Source: a virus (lineage: Duplodnaviria; Caudoviricetes). Taken from it: a stretch of DNA of 60,823 nucleotides. Within the stretch, counting starts at the first letter, position 1; every line of letters begins with the position of its first letter. Below are positions 37,805-47,292 of the stretch, piece by piece. Where the stretch lies: IMG/VR virus record IMGVR_UViG_3300021957_000035, positions 1 to 60,823 of that record. One strand, 5' to 3'. The notes under the pieces are model-generated. The model ran no database searches, was not told where the DNA came from, and saw nothing but the letters and a program-made list of their open reading frames with translations. Made by a program: the position numbers and the translations under genes.

Positions 37805-38202
37805 TCCACCATCTCCCAAGCATTACGAAACTGCCTGTCGCTTGGCACTTCCTCTGTACGAACAATCCTAAACATTGGGCGGTTGTGTTCTTCTGCCCAG
37901 CACTTGCGAGGCAAATCTTTCATTACAAGATACTCCATAGCTTCTTCTTCCGTTAATGGTCCAATTCGAGGCGCTTTCCATTGTAATTCGTGTTTTTCTG
38001 GATCATGGCTAAAGCTTTCTATTCGACCTTCTTCTCTTGCTTTGTTTTCGTCATCTTGAAGTTGCCAATAAACCCAAATAGGAGGTAGTTTACCCGCCAT
38101 AGCTTCATCTAGCCACTCTTTTGCAGGAATTAAAACCTTAGTAGTTTCGTCAAGGTTATCTGGATCGTCAAAGACAACACGATATTTTGTATATTCTGTC
38201 AT
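37801..38202 (-). CDS. fibre-associated protein
   Basis: YLVMKDLP and PSDRQFRNAW, related to the RTFRESW motif of 37009..37368. Confidence 0.55.
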   Translation of the reverse strand: MTEYTKYRVVFDDPDNLDETTKVLIPAKEWLDEAMAGKLPPIWVYWQLQDDENKAREEGRIESFSHDPEKHELQWKAPRIGPLTEEEAMEYLVMKDLPRKCWAEEHNRPMFRIVRTEEVPSDRQFRNAWEMVE

Positions 38203-38204
38203 GA

Positions 38205-38564
38205 TTAATTTATCCCAAAAAAGTAGCTAAAGCCATCATAGTCATATTCAGTGTTTCTATAACCGCTTATCATTCTAATGGATGTTGAAGTTTTAGTTAA
38301 ATAACCAGCGGTGGTTATCCCATCATCTGAATTGCCAAGGCTATCATCGTAACCACAACCACCGTAAGCATAATAAGCAGTTGAATTAGCATTAGAAAAA
38401 TTAAAAGTCTGATTTCCAGTAGCATGGTCTGCTATACTAGATAGAGCACCACTTCCATTTATGCCATTTGATTGAGGTGCGTAATCTACCCAACATCTGT
38501 TGAAAAATACTTTTCCACCGTTAGTAGTTGATTCCTGTATATCATTTACGTTAAGCGTACTCAT
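38205..38564 (-). CDS. small fibre-tip-like protein
   Basis: MSTLNVNDIQ, RCWVDY, SSIADHATG; paralogue. Confidence 0.6.
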   Translation of the reverse strand: MSTLNVNDIQESTTNGGKVFFNRCWVDYAPQSNGINGSGALSSIADHATGNQTFNFSNANSTAYYAYGGCGYDDSLGNSDDGITTAGYLTKTSTSIRMISGYRNTEYDYDGFSYFFGIN

Positions 38565-38780
38565 TTATACCACCGTCCATGTTTCACCAGATCCAACTGT
38601 AACTGTAACACCGCTGTTAATTGTAATTGGCCCTGCAGACATTGCATTATGATTATTCCTAATAGTATAACTAGACGCTACCGTAGTAGGATTTTCTTTA
38701 AATACTGCTAAAGAGTTATTATCCATTTCTGTATGTGTTAATGCACTGCCTTTATCCGCTCTTGTTGTAATAGATGTCAT
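38565..38780 (-). CDS. small virion structural protein
   Basis: GSALTHTEMDNN and NAMSAGPITINSGVTVTV motifs. Confidence 0.6.
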   Translation of the reverse strand: MTSITTRADKGSALTHTEMDNNSLAVFKENPTTVASSYTIRNNHNAMSAGPITINSGVTVTVGSGETWTVV

Positions 38781-39670
38781 CGATAATCATATCCTCTAGT
38801 TGTAGAAACATAATCGTATTTATATTCTTCTCGTTTGTCTAGAATATACTCAAAATACATTTCCATTTGTTTTTGCCAGTTTTCTTGTAGTTCAGGGTTT
38901 ACAATTCCCGATTTAGGGCTATTTAAAGCCTTTTGCATCCAATTATAAGGATCACTATTATTAAATAAATTTCTGTTTATATGGTAAAAAGAACCTTCAT
39001 GTACTCTGTTATAAACATCAATAGGATCTACTTCCTTACCTAAAGCTACAGCATAAACTGCACTTTCTGTCATATGTGATAAGTGTGCTACTTCACAACC
39101 AAGTAGTAACTTATACATATTAATATCTCGATCTAATACTATATCCCCAAGCATGTCTTTTAATTCACCAACAATAGCGTAAGTGGTAAGAGGATGTGGT
39201 TTAAACCAGATATCACCCTCCCACTTATCTCTTAAATAACACAATTTATTTGCACAAATAGTTTCTTTAATTTTATTAGAACCTAACGGTATAATTAAAT
39301 GATCTTTAGGCTCAAGATCATGATCCTTAATATGATCATATTTATTAGAAGTACCGTTAGTAGCTTTTTCTACAAAGTAAGACATAAAATCTGTTTTTAT
39401 TTCACAGTCATCTTCGTGTGCTTCTTCTAGTTGTTTACAACGAAGCATTTGTTGAAGCGGATTCATGGAAAAGCAATGCGCCCATTCAGTGTATTGTATA
39501 GTTTTGAAATAAGGAAGTTCATTTGCAACTACATCGTATGCAGACTCAATCTTATGTTTCTTTTTAAGTTTAAAAAAATGTTTTTCACATTCTTTTAAGT
39601 GCAAAAGAGTTTTTGATTTACGCATATCGCCAATACGCTCTTTAATAGAGGCTTTATTAAACATTTCCAT
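38777..39670 (-). CDS. putative glycosyltransferase (KpsS/KpsC-like)
   Basis: IWFKPHP and SHMTESAVYAVALGKEV resemble the K.HP and S.vg.EAl..GK.V motifs. Confidence 0.55.
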   Translation of the reverse strand: MEMFNKASIKERIGDMRKSKTLLHLKECEKHFFKLKKKHKIESAYDVVANELPYFKTIQYTEWAHCFSMNPLQQMLRCKQLEEAHEDDCEIKTDFMSYFVEKATNGTSNKYDHIKDHDLEPKDHLIIPLGSNKIKETICANKLCYLRDKWEGDIWFKPHPLTTYAIVGELKDMLGDIVLDRDINMYKLLLGCEVAHLSHMTESAVYAVALGKEVDPIDVYNRVHEGSFYHINRNLFNNSDPYNWMQKALNSPKSGIVNPELQENWQKQMEMYFEYILDKREEYKYDYVSTTRGYDYR

Positions 39671-39679
39671 GATATTATC

Positions 39680-41959
39680 CTAACTGTAAAATGAAGTCAC
39701 CCTAAGCGTATTAAACGTAGTTGTGGTGCTTCTACTTGTGCTAAATGTGGTTGTAAACGTACTACTAGTACTAAATGTAGTAGTAAAAGTAGTAATAGTA
39801 CTTTTGCTTGTTGAAAAAGTTGTCGTTGTTGACCTTGTTGTATTAAAAGTAGTAGTAGTACTCCTAGTAGTATTATAATACGTTGTATAAGTTGTAATAG
39901 TACTACGAGTTGTGTTAAACGTTGTAGTTGTACTATGACTAGTTGCATACGTTGTAGTCGTACTTCTACTAGTGCTTGTTGCAAAAGTAGTAGTAGTACT
40001 ATGACTTGTAGCATAAGTAGTTGTAGTGCTCCTACTAGTGCTTGTTGCAAAAGTTGTTGTAGTACTATGACTAGTTGCATACGTTGTTGTTGTACTTTTA
40101 GTAGTATTAAATGTTGTTGTAGTACTATGGCTTGTTGTATGACTAGTTTGATATGTTGTAGTTGTACTTTGGGTAGTATTATAAGTTGTAGTTGTAGCTC
40201 TACTAGTGGCAAACGTAGTAGTAGTACTGTGACTAGTTGTATGTGCAGTCAGATATGCCGTTGTAGTTGACTTACTGGTATTATAAGTAGTAGTAGTACT
40301 CCTAGTAGTATTATAATACGTTGTATAAGTTGTCGTAGTTGAACGACTAGTAGAGAACACAGTTGATGTAGTTCTACTAGTATTAAACGTAGTAGTTGTC
40401 AAAAGAGAAGTGTTTCTACTAGTGTTATACGTAGTAGTTGTAATTTTAGCCGTGTTATAAGTTGTCGTAGTTGTATGACTTGTAGTATAAACCGTTGCTG
40501 TAGTTCTACTAGTTGAAAAGGTTGTAATAGTAGCCATAGACGTATTATAATACGTAGTATACTCTGTTGTTGTACTACGAGTCGTATTAAACGTTGTAGT
40601 TGTACTATGGCTAGTATTAAATGTTGTTGTAGTACTATGGCTAGTGTTATAGCTTGTTGTAGTGCTATGGCTAGTATTATAACTTGTAGTCGTATTATAC
40701 GTTGTTGTAGTGCTTTTACTTGTACTAAATGTAGTAGTCGTATTAAACGTAGTCGTAGTGCTTCTACTTGTGCTTGCACTAGTATTTACAACATAATTTA
40801 CATTCATATAGTTAGTAGCAACGTAGTTTTGAAAACTTGTATTAAACGTTGTTGTAGTACTTTTACTTGTACTGGTCGATCGAGTAGTGTTAAAGGTCGT
40901 AGTTGTACTATGACTTGTGCTTGTTGATCGACTGGTACTATAAGTCGTAGTCGTACTTTTGCTTGTTGAATATGTTGTAGTTGTACTTTTGCTAGTTGCA
41001 TAAGTCGTTGTTGTACTATTACTTGTACTAAAAGTCGTAGTTGTACTATGACTCGTAGTATGACTAGTTTGGAAAGTTGTAGTTGTACCCTTAGTAGTAT
41101 TATAAGTAGTAGTCGTACTATGACTAGTATTATATGTAGTAGTTGTACTATGACTAGTTGCATAAGTTGTAGCTGTAGTACGGCTAGTTGAGAAAGTAGT
41201 AGTAAAAGTCGTAGTAGTAGATCTACTTGTACTAAACGTAGTTGTAGTACCACGAGATGTATTAAAAGTTGTAGTTGTACTATGGCTTGTAGTATGACTA
41301 GTGGTAAAAGTCGTAGTTGTGCTGTGACTTGTAGAATACACTGTTGTAGTACTTTTACTTGTAGAATACACTGTTGTATAAGTCGTAGTGGTACTTTTAG
41401 TAGTATTAAAAGTTGTCGTTGTACTGTGACTCGTAGCAAACGTTGTAGTCGTGCTATGACTAGTATTATAATAAGTCGTATAAGTCGTAGTTGTAGCTCT
41501 ACTAGTAGCAAAAGTAGTAGTAGTACTAGTATTTGTATTATACGTTGTTGTTGTACTTCTAGTAGTGTTTGTATTAAACGTTGTAGTCGTACTTGTATTT
41601 GTATTATACGTAGTAGTAGTACTTCTAGTAGTGTTTGTATTAAACGTTGTAGTCGTACTATGACTAGTATTATAAGTCGTAGTTGTTGCACGACTAGTTG
41701 CAAAAGTAGTAGTAGTACTATGCTCAGTACTATGACTAGTTTGGAAAGTTGTAGTTGTACTATTACTTGTCGCAAACGTAGTAGTTGTAGCTTGACTCGT
41801 ATTGAATGTTGTTGTTGTAGACGCAGTTGTAGCTCTACTAGTATTAAATGTAGTTGTTGTACTTCTACTAGTATTAAATGTAGTAGTCGTAGATTTAGAA
41901 GTGGAGACTGATGTGCTCCACTCCTTTATCCCGTCCATAAATCCAAAGTTGTTGCTCAT
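39680..41959 (-). CDS. Thr-rich mirror-repeat protein (759 aa), putative fibre
   Basis: 62 decamers T-S-[HRK]-S-T-T-T-T-[FY]-[NSA] in two 354-aa arms; GGAG SD; lies in the fibre operon. Confidence 0.85.
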   Translation of the reverse strand: MSNNFGFMDGIKEWSTSVSTSKSTTTTFNTSRSTTTTFNTSRATTASTTTTFNTSQATTTTFATSNSTTTTFQTSHSTEHSTTTTFATSRATTTTYNTSHSTTTTFNTNTTRSTTTTYNTNTSTTTTFNTNTTRSTTTTYNTNTSTTTTFATSRATTTTYTTYYNTSHSTTTTFATSHSTTTTFNTTKSTTTTYTTVYSTSKSTTTVYSTSHSTTTTFTTSHTTSHSTTTTFNTSRGTTTTFSTSRSTTTTFTTTFSTSRTTATTYATSHSTTTTYNTSHSTTTTYNTTKGTTTTFQTSHTTSHSTTTTFSTSNSTTTTYATSKSTTTTYSTSKSTTTTYSTSRSTSTSHSTTTTFNTTRSTSTSKSTTTTFNTSFQNYVATNYMNVNYVVNTSASTSRSTTTTFNTTTTFSTSKSTTTTYNTTTSYNTSHSTTTSYNTSHSTTTTFNTSHSTTTTFNTTRSTTTEYTTYYNTSMATITTFSTSRTTATVYTTSHTTTTTYNTAKITTTTYNTSRNTSLLTTTTFNTSRTTSTVFSTSRSTTTTYTTYYNTTRSTTTTYNTSKSTTTAYLTAHTTSHSTTTTFATSRATTTTYNTTQSTTTTYQTSHTTSHSTTTTFNTTKSTTTTYATSHSTTTTFATSTSRSTTTTYATSHSTTTTFATSTSRSTTTTYATSHSTTTTFNTTRSTITTYTTYYNTTRSTTTTFNTTRSTTTTFSTSKSTITTFTTTFSTSSTFTTTFSTSRSTTTTFNTLRVTSFYS

Positions 41960-41971
41960 AAGAATCTCCTA

Positions 41972-44900
41972 TTATGCGAAGTTTCCTATATAGTTTACTA
42001 GGACTTCTGTTGAACTTACTACCATATACGATAATACTGATGTTGAATTAGCACCTGTATACTGTGTAATAGTAGCACCTCCGACTGGTGTTTTGCAAGA
42101 AGACGGTAAGGTAAAGTCTCTACCTCCCGTAGAATCTTGTTTTAATACAATAGTACCTGAACTTGTAACTGCATTAGCTAAATTTGATAAAGTAAATGTA
42201 GTATCTGCTTGCATAGTAACTACATGAAAGTTAGATGCAGTCATATCAATAGTAGTAGCCGAAGTAGAGGCAGTAACAGTATTTGCTGTTGATTTAACAA
42301 TACCACCAACATTAGCAGTACCAGACAAGTGAAGGTCTTTCCAACGCTTATCGGATTTACCTAAGTCTATCGCATTGTCTGCATCAGAGCCATTTTGTTT
42401 AGGAACAATGGTATTGTCTTTAAAGCGCAATCCTGAATGATTAGCACTACCGTCTATAACAAAGTCACCGTTGCTGTCAGTCCCAATACTCCCCACAGTG
42501 GTGCCATCTTTGCGGAACACTGCAATGTCGCCGTCACTATCTTCACGATTAAGTATTTGTGCAATGCCAGTTCTTGTTGCCGTTAATAAACCACTAGCCT
42601 GTAACTCAATACCATTTGTATTATTGTAAGTATCTGCTGAAGTCTTACCCACCAACAAGTTACCGCTGCTGTCGATGACTAATCTATTTGCAGAAGCATC
42701 TACGTCCCTTATCGTAAAACCGCTATTGGCAACTCCGGGTGTACCTGCTGTTATTTGAAAGTTATCGGCATTTGCATTACTGTGGCTTAGATTTATTGCA
42801 GGGAGTGATGATGAGCCTGTGCTAATGCTTAGGTTGCCAGTCATAGTACCGCCAGCTAAAGGTAATTTAGTAGCAATTGAATCAGTAACAGTAGTGCTAA
42901 AGTTAGCGTCATCATTTAAAGCTGCTGCTAACTCGTTAAGAGTATCTAAAGTAGAAGGTGCTGAGTCAACAAGGCTAGACACAGAAGTGTCAACATACTG
43001 TTTTGTTGCTGCACCTAAATTAACACTAGGATTAGCATTAAGAATTAAATTGCCAGTCATAGTGCCACCAGCTTTTGGCAATGCTGCGTTAGCAGTAGTA
43101 CCCTGTGCGGCTGTAGCATAGTCGGAGCTATCAAATGCTTTAACTTGTGATAGGTTAGTAACTTCGCTATCCATTAAGGCACCAGCGGCAGTAACATTAG
43201 TAGTATCTGTTACATCAGCAGAGGCTTCTATGTTATTTAATTTAGTATGATCACTGTCAGTAAATACATTACTATCTGTAGCCGATTCTACAAGAGTACG
43301 TATTTCAGCTGCAGTTTGATCTGCAGTTGCAGAGGCTTCAATTCCATTAATTTTAGTTTTATCCGCTGCAGACATTAATCCTGCTGCAGAAGTAGTAGCG
43401 GCACTATAAACAGTATCACTATCATCTACCCATGCATAATCACTACCATTCCAAGCTAAAATTTGATTATTACCTGCCGAGGATTGATTAAGATGTGTAT
43501 CTACATCACTATTAGCATATCCTGCAGGAACACTTGCCCAATCATAATCACTACCATTCCAAGACAAATATTCTCCGCTTGAAGCTGTAGAAGTATTTAA
43601 ATGAGAATCTACATTACTATTGGCGTATTGAGCACTTCCTGAAATTGTAAGAGAGTTACCCGCATCATTATAGTTTAAAGTAATTCCAGTTCCAGCTGTA
43701 AGTAACCCACCTACAACATCTTGAATAGCTTCTGTTGTAGCTGCTGTAGCTCCCCAATTTGATCCATCATAAACTTTAAGCGAACTATCAGTTGAGTTAA
43801 AATACAATGCACCTGTTATAAGAGCATTACCGTCGTTGTCAACTGAAGGATCAGAAGATTTACTTCCTAAGTATCGATCATCAAAACTGTCTAAAGCAGC
43901 TTCAGCTGCTGTTTGAGCAGTCTGAGCGGAAGTCGCACTTGATGCAGCACCAGTTGCTGAACTTGCAGCCGCAGTAGCACTACTAGCAGCATTTGTCTCT
44001 GCTGTTTCTGCATTAGTTTCAGCAGTCTCCGCAGCAGTTTTAGCGGTCTCAGCAGCGACCTTTGAAGTATTAGCAGCAGTAGCAGAATTAGAAGCATTAG
44101 TAGCACTTGTAGCTGCTGCAGTAGCTGAGTTTCCAGCATTAGTTGCAGAAGTAGACGCGCTCGTAGCACTAGTAGTAGCCGAAGTAGCAGCGTTAGTTGC
44201 TGTTACAGAAGGCGCTTGCCATGCTGAACCACTATAAAATTTAATTACATTGTCAGTGCTATTATAATACATAGCACCTTCTACTAAGGCATTACCGTCA
44301 TTATCAACACTTGGATCAGAACTTTTGGTTCCTAAAAACTTATCGTCAAAATTATCAAAAGCTAATTCGGTTGCTGCTTGCGCTGTTTGTGCTGCTGTAG
44401 CAGACGTAGCTGCATTAGTAGCAGAAGTTGAGGCACCGCTTGCAGAAGTAGCCGCATTAGTAGCTGAAGTAGATGCTCCACTAGCAGAGGTAGCAGCATT
44501 AGTTGCTGATGTAGCAGCAGCGGTTGCGCTATTACCTGCGTTAGTAGCTGATGTAGCAGAATTAGTAGCACTAGTCGAAGCACTGCTTGCGCTTGAAGCA
44601 GCTGCTGTAGCTGAGTTCCCTGCATTAGTTTCTGAAGTGGCTGAGTTAGTAGCGGATGTAGCAGCACTAGTTGCAGATGTAGCTGCTGCTGTAGCACTAT
44701 TAGAAGCTGCTGTGGCACTTGTCGCTGCATTATTTGCTAAAGTGCTAGCAGTTGATGCACTACCCGCAGAATTATTAGCTGACGTTAAAGAAGAGGCCGC
44801 TGAAGTGGCGGCACTAGTGGCACTAGTAGCTGCTGCTGTAGCACTATTAGAGGCTGCTGCTTCAGGGGATTCCCATGCTGTTCCATTATAAAACTTAATA

Positions 44901-45985
44901 GCATTATTTGTACTGTTGTAGTACATAGCACCTTCTACTAAAGCATTACCATCATTATCTAGAGTTGGATCTGATGCTTTAGTGCCTAAGAACTTATCAT
45001 CAAAGTTATCAAATAATAACTCTACTGCTGCTCTGTCTGTTGCTGTATCAGTCTTATAGTTAAGAGCACTTGCAGCTGAAGCAGTAGCTGAAGTCGCACT
45101 ACTAGCTGCACTTATAGCATTTGCTGCTGCATTAGAAGAATGATTCCCCGCTGTAGTAGCTGAGTTAGCCGCTGCAGTAGCTGAAGATCCTGCACTAGCT
45201 GCACTATTAGCAGAATTAGTTTCTGAGGTGGCTGCAGCAGTTTTACTAGCTGTGGCGCTAGTATCAGAACTAGAAGCAGACGTAGCAGATGCAGCAGCTG
45301 CAGTAGCGCTATTCCCTGCATTAGTTTCTGAAGTAGCCGCATTGGTTTCGCTAGTAGCTGCATTAGCTGCTTTCGTAGTAGCTGTTGAAGCACTCGCTGA
45401 AGCATTAGTAGCACTCGTGGCTGCATTAGTTTCTGCTGTTTCAGCGTTAGTCTCTGCTGTTTCAGCTGCGACCTTAGAAGTGTTAGCTGCTGTCGCAGAG
45501 GTAGCTGCTGCTGTAGCCGAAGTAGCTGCTGCGGTAGCACTGTTAGCCGCTGCAGTAGCCGATGTAGTTGCTAATGCAATAGGATATTGCCAAGTATTTA
45601 CGTTGTATACACCTAAAGCAGAGGTTGTAGTATCAAAGTACATAGCTCCGTTTTGAAGAGCATTACCATCATTATCGAGGCTAGGTGCTGAAGACTTAGA
45701 GCCTAAAAACACATCATCAACAGTATCTGCTGCTGTTTCTGTAGCGACCTTTAAAGCAGTAATAGATGCAATTAAATTAGCACCACCAAGATTTACATCT
45801 TGTACTTGTTGTCCTGCTGAGTTACTTATTATTACGTGAAAGTCTCCATTACTATCAATAGAGGCATTTGTGATAGAATCACCTTTAGCGCCTTGACCAC
45901 CTGTTCTAGACAGGGTAAGGTTAACATCTTGTGATGTGCTTGTTAAAGCATAGTTGTTTCCATTAATTGTAATAGCATAAGACAT
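41972..45985 (-). CDS. long tail fibre protein (1337 aa)
   Basis: Ala/Ser/Thr coiled-coil blocks separated by four DD.FLG.K.S.P..DNDGNAL..GA.Y repeats; LDTLNELAAAL; GGTMTGNL. Confidence 0.85.
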   Translation of the reverse strand: MSYAITINGNNYALTSTSQDVNLTLSRTGGQGAKGDSITNASIDSNGDFHVIISNSAGQQVQDVNLGGANLIASITALKVATETAADTVDDVFLGSKSSAPSLDNDGNALQNGAMYFDTTTSALGVYNVNTWQYPIALATTSATAAANSATAAATSATAAATSATAANTSKVAAETAETNAETAETNAATSATNASASASTATTKAANAATSETNAATSETNAGNSATAAAASATSASSSDTSATASKTAAATSETNSANSAASAGSSATAAANSATTAGNHSSNAAANAISAASSATSATASAASALNYKTDTATDRAAVELLFDNFDDKFLGTKASDPTLDNDGNALVEGAMYYNSTNNAIKFYNGTAWESPEAAASNSATAAATSATSAATSAASSLTSANNSAGSASTASTLANNAATSATAASNSATAAATSATSAATSATNSATSETNAGNSATAAASSASSASTSATNSATSATNAGNSATAAATSATNAATSASGASTSATNAATSASGASTSATNAATSATAAQTAQAATELAFDNFDDKFLGTKSSDPSVDNDGNALVEGAMYYNSTDNVIKFYSGSAWQAPSVTATNAATSATTSATSASTSATNAGNSATAAATSATNASNSATAANTSKVAAETAKTAAETAETNAETAETNAASSATAAASSATGAASSATSAQTAQTAAEAALDSFDDRYLGSKSSDPSVDNDGNALITGALYFNSTDSSLKVYDGSNWGATAATTEAIQDVVGGLLTAGTGITLNYNDAGNSLTISGSAQYANSNVDSHLNTSTASSGEYLSWNGSDYDWASVPAGYANSDVDTHLNQSSAGNNQILAWNGSDYAWVDDSDTVYSAATTSAAGLMSAADKTKINGIEASATADQTAAEIRTLVESATDSNVFTDSDHTKLNNIEASADVTDTTNVTAAGALMDSEVTNLSQVKAFDSSDYATAAQGTTANAALPKAGGTMTGNLILNANPSVNLGAATKQYVDTSVSSLVDSAPSTLDTLNELAAALNDDANFSTTVTDSIATKLPLAGGTMTGNLSISTGSSSLPAINLSHSNANADNFQITAGTPGVANSGFTIRDVDASANRLVIDSSGNLLVGKTSADTYNNTNGIELQASGLLTATRTGIAQILNREDSDGDIAVFRKDGTTVGSIGTDSNGDFVIDGSANHSGLRFKDNTIVPKQNGSDADNAIDLGKSDKRWKDLHLSGTANVGGIVKSTANTVTASTSATTIDMTASNFHVVTMQADTTFTLSNLANAVTSSGTIVLKQDSTGGRDFTLPSSCKTPVGGATITQYTGANSTSVLSYMVVSSTEVLVNYIGNFA

Positions 45986-46432
45986 TTAGCTTGCCTCCGT
46001 AGGAGAGTAGCGTACTTCTACAAGGCCACGCATAGGTTTCCAAATTTGTTGTGCTGTTCCTACACCCGTGTCTTTAATTTCAAGACCTATAAAACCATAG
46101 ACAGGTTTATCAGGAATAGGGTAAGTTCCCCATGTATCGATAAGAGTATGTGGAATAACAATTTCAAATTGATTATCTGTAGGAGTACTATCAAGAATAG
46201 TTAAAGTAGTAATAACAGGATTACTAGAGTCAACATCAGTGGGTGTAGCTCCAGTTCCTTGAGTGTTATTACCCTCTACTACTTTAGCAGTAATGGTGTA
46301 GCCTGATAAGTTAGTAAGCCAACCTACAGTAATATTTAATCTTGTTTGTTCACCTTTTACAACAGATGCAAGTATAGCACCGTCATCCGTTATTAAGTCT
46401 TTTGACTTAGATGTTATATTTGAACGCGGCAT
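45986..46432 (-). CDS. virion structural or fibre attachment protein
   Basis: Beta-rich, immediately before the fibre gene. Confidence 0.55.
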   Translation of the reverse strand: MPRSNITSKSKDLITDDGAILASVVKGEQTRLNITVGWLTNLSGYTITAKVVEGNNTQGTGATPTDVDSSNPVITTLTILDSTPTDNQFEIVIPHTLIDTWGTYPIPDKPVYGFIGLEIKDTGVGTAQQIWKPMRGLVEVRYSPTEAS

Positions 46433-46474
46433 GTGTAGTTTCCTTTCTACCGATCCTCAGATGGGCATTAAAAG

Positions 46475-46855
46475 CTATTTCTTTTTATTTAATTTCTTTT
46501 TAATCTTTTTCGGTTGTTGGGAAACTTTCTTTCCCTTTGCAAGATCAGCTCGCTTTTTTCGAGTGGTGGCGGCATACTGAGCTTTGGTAAGCTTGTTGCG
46601 CTCTGCTTTAGGAAGATAACGCTCACCAGTAGCGTTTTTACCACTAATGCTATTCTTCCCACTCTTTGTTCCCCAATCTTGCTTAGTCCATTTAGTCATA
46701 GACTTTTGGGCTTTAGTTTTTGAGCCTGTGTACTTGCCGCCTCTTTCTTTATAGATCTTAGCGGCAAGTTGCATTGCTCTAGCAGAATGCCCACCCATAC
46801 GAGACACTGCTGTTTTCTTTGCGCTTTCCCATAAGCGTGGATTTGATCTGCCCAT
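46475..46855 (-). CDS. highly basic hypothetical protein
   Basis: K/R-rich; HSARAMQLA, WTKQDWGTKSG, ERYLPK. Confidence 0.7.
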   Translation of the reverse strand: MGRSNPRLWESAKKTAVSRMGGHSARAMQLAAKIYKERGGKYTGSKTKAQKSMTKWTKQDWGTKSGKNSISGKNATGERYLPKAERNKLTKAQYAATTRKKRADLAKGKKVSQQPKKIKKKLNKKK

Positions 46856-46856
46856 T

Positions 46857-46928
46857 TTATTTCTTCTTGCCGCCTTTTTTAGGTGGACGACCGCGTTTAG
46901 TTCCGTAAGTACCTTTACCTGATGGCAT
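46857..46928 (-). CDS. 23-aa basic peptide with an AT-hook-like RGRP
   Basis: Read by hand, MPSGKGTYGTKRGRPPKKGGKKK; AGGA SD; fills the gap exactly. Confidence 0.65.
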   Translation of the reverse strand: MPSGKGTYGTKRGRPPKKGGKKK

Positions 46929-46930
46929 AA

Positions 46931-47281
46931 TTATTTCCTTCCTGTTGATCGTTGTCTACGAGCTTTTGCAGAAGCTAATTGAGCCTTGCGTAAAGCTGCT
47001 TTTTGTTTTCCAGTCATAGGACGACCTTTAAGTCTATCTTCACGAATGTATGGCCCCATTCGAGGATCTGCTTGAATTGCACCATGTAGTCCTTTAAGCT
47101 TGCCTATGCTTTTAGGATAATTCGTAATGCCAAATTTAGATGCATATGAACTTACAGACTTACCTTTAAACATCTTAGCTGCTATGCGATTTGTTGATAC
47201 TCGTGATTTTATAGCTTGTAGTCTTATGCTTCTTTCTTCTCTTAATTTTTTGCGTAAAGCACTTGTATATGAACTTGCCAT
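46931..47281 (-). CDS. highly basic hypothetical protein
   Basis: K/R-rich; QKAALRKAQLASAKARR shared with the upstream gene. Confidence 0.7.
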   Translation of the reverse strand: MASSYTSALRKKLREERSIRLQAIKSRVSTNRIAAKMFKGKSVSSYASKFGITNYPKSIGKLKGLHGAIQADPRMGPYIREDRLKGRPMTGKQKAALRKAQLASAKARRQRSTGRK

Positions 47282-47292
47282 AATAATTTCCT

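Noticed and set aside
36657-38564. Possible diversity-generating retroelement or invertible tip cassette
   Set aside because: No reverse transcriptase or recombinase in the window; paralogues too divergent for a TR/VR pair; all in one orientation
39710-41902. 30-bp periodicity resembling a CRISPR array or satellite
   Set aside because: No invariant repeat with unique spacers; variation is largely at third codon positions; no cas genes
39697-41911. Long alternative-frame ORFs (Leu/Gln-rich on minus, Cys/Ser-rich on plus) over the Thr-rich gene
   Set aside because: Shadows of ACN-codon repeats; only the Thr frame has an SD, coupling to neighbours and the mirror structure
43891-45656. Antisense and alternative-frame ORFs over the Ala/Thr-rich fibre
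   Set aside because: Low-complexity shadows of 41972..45985
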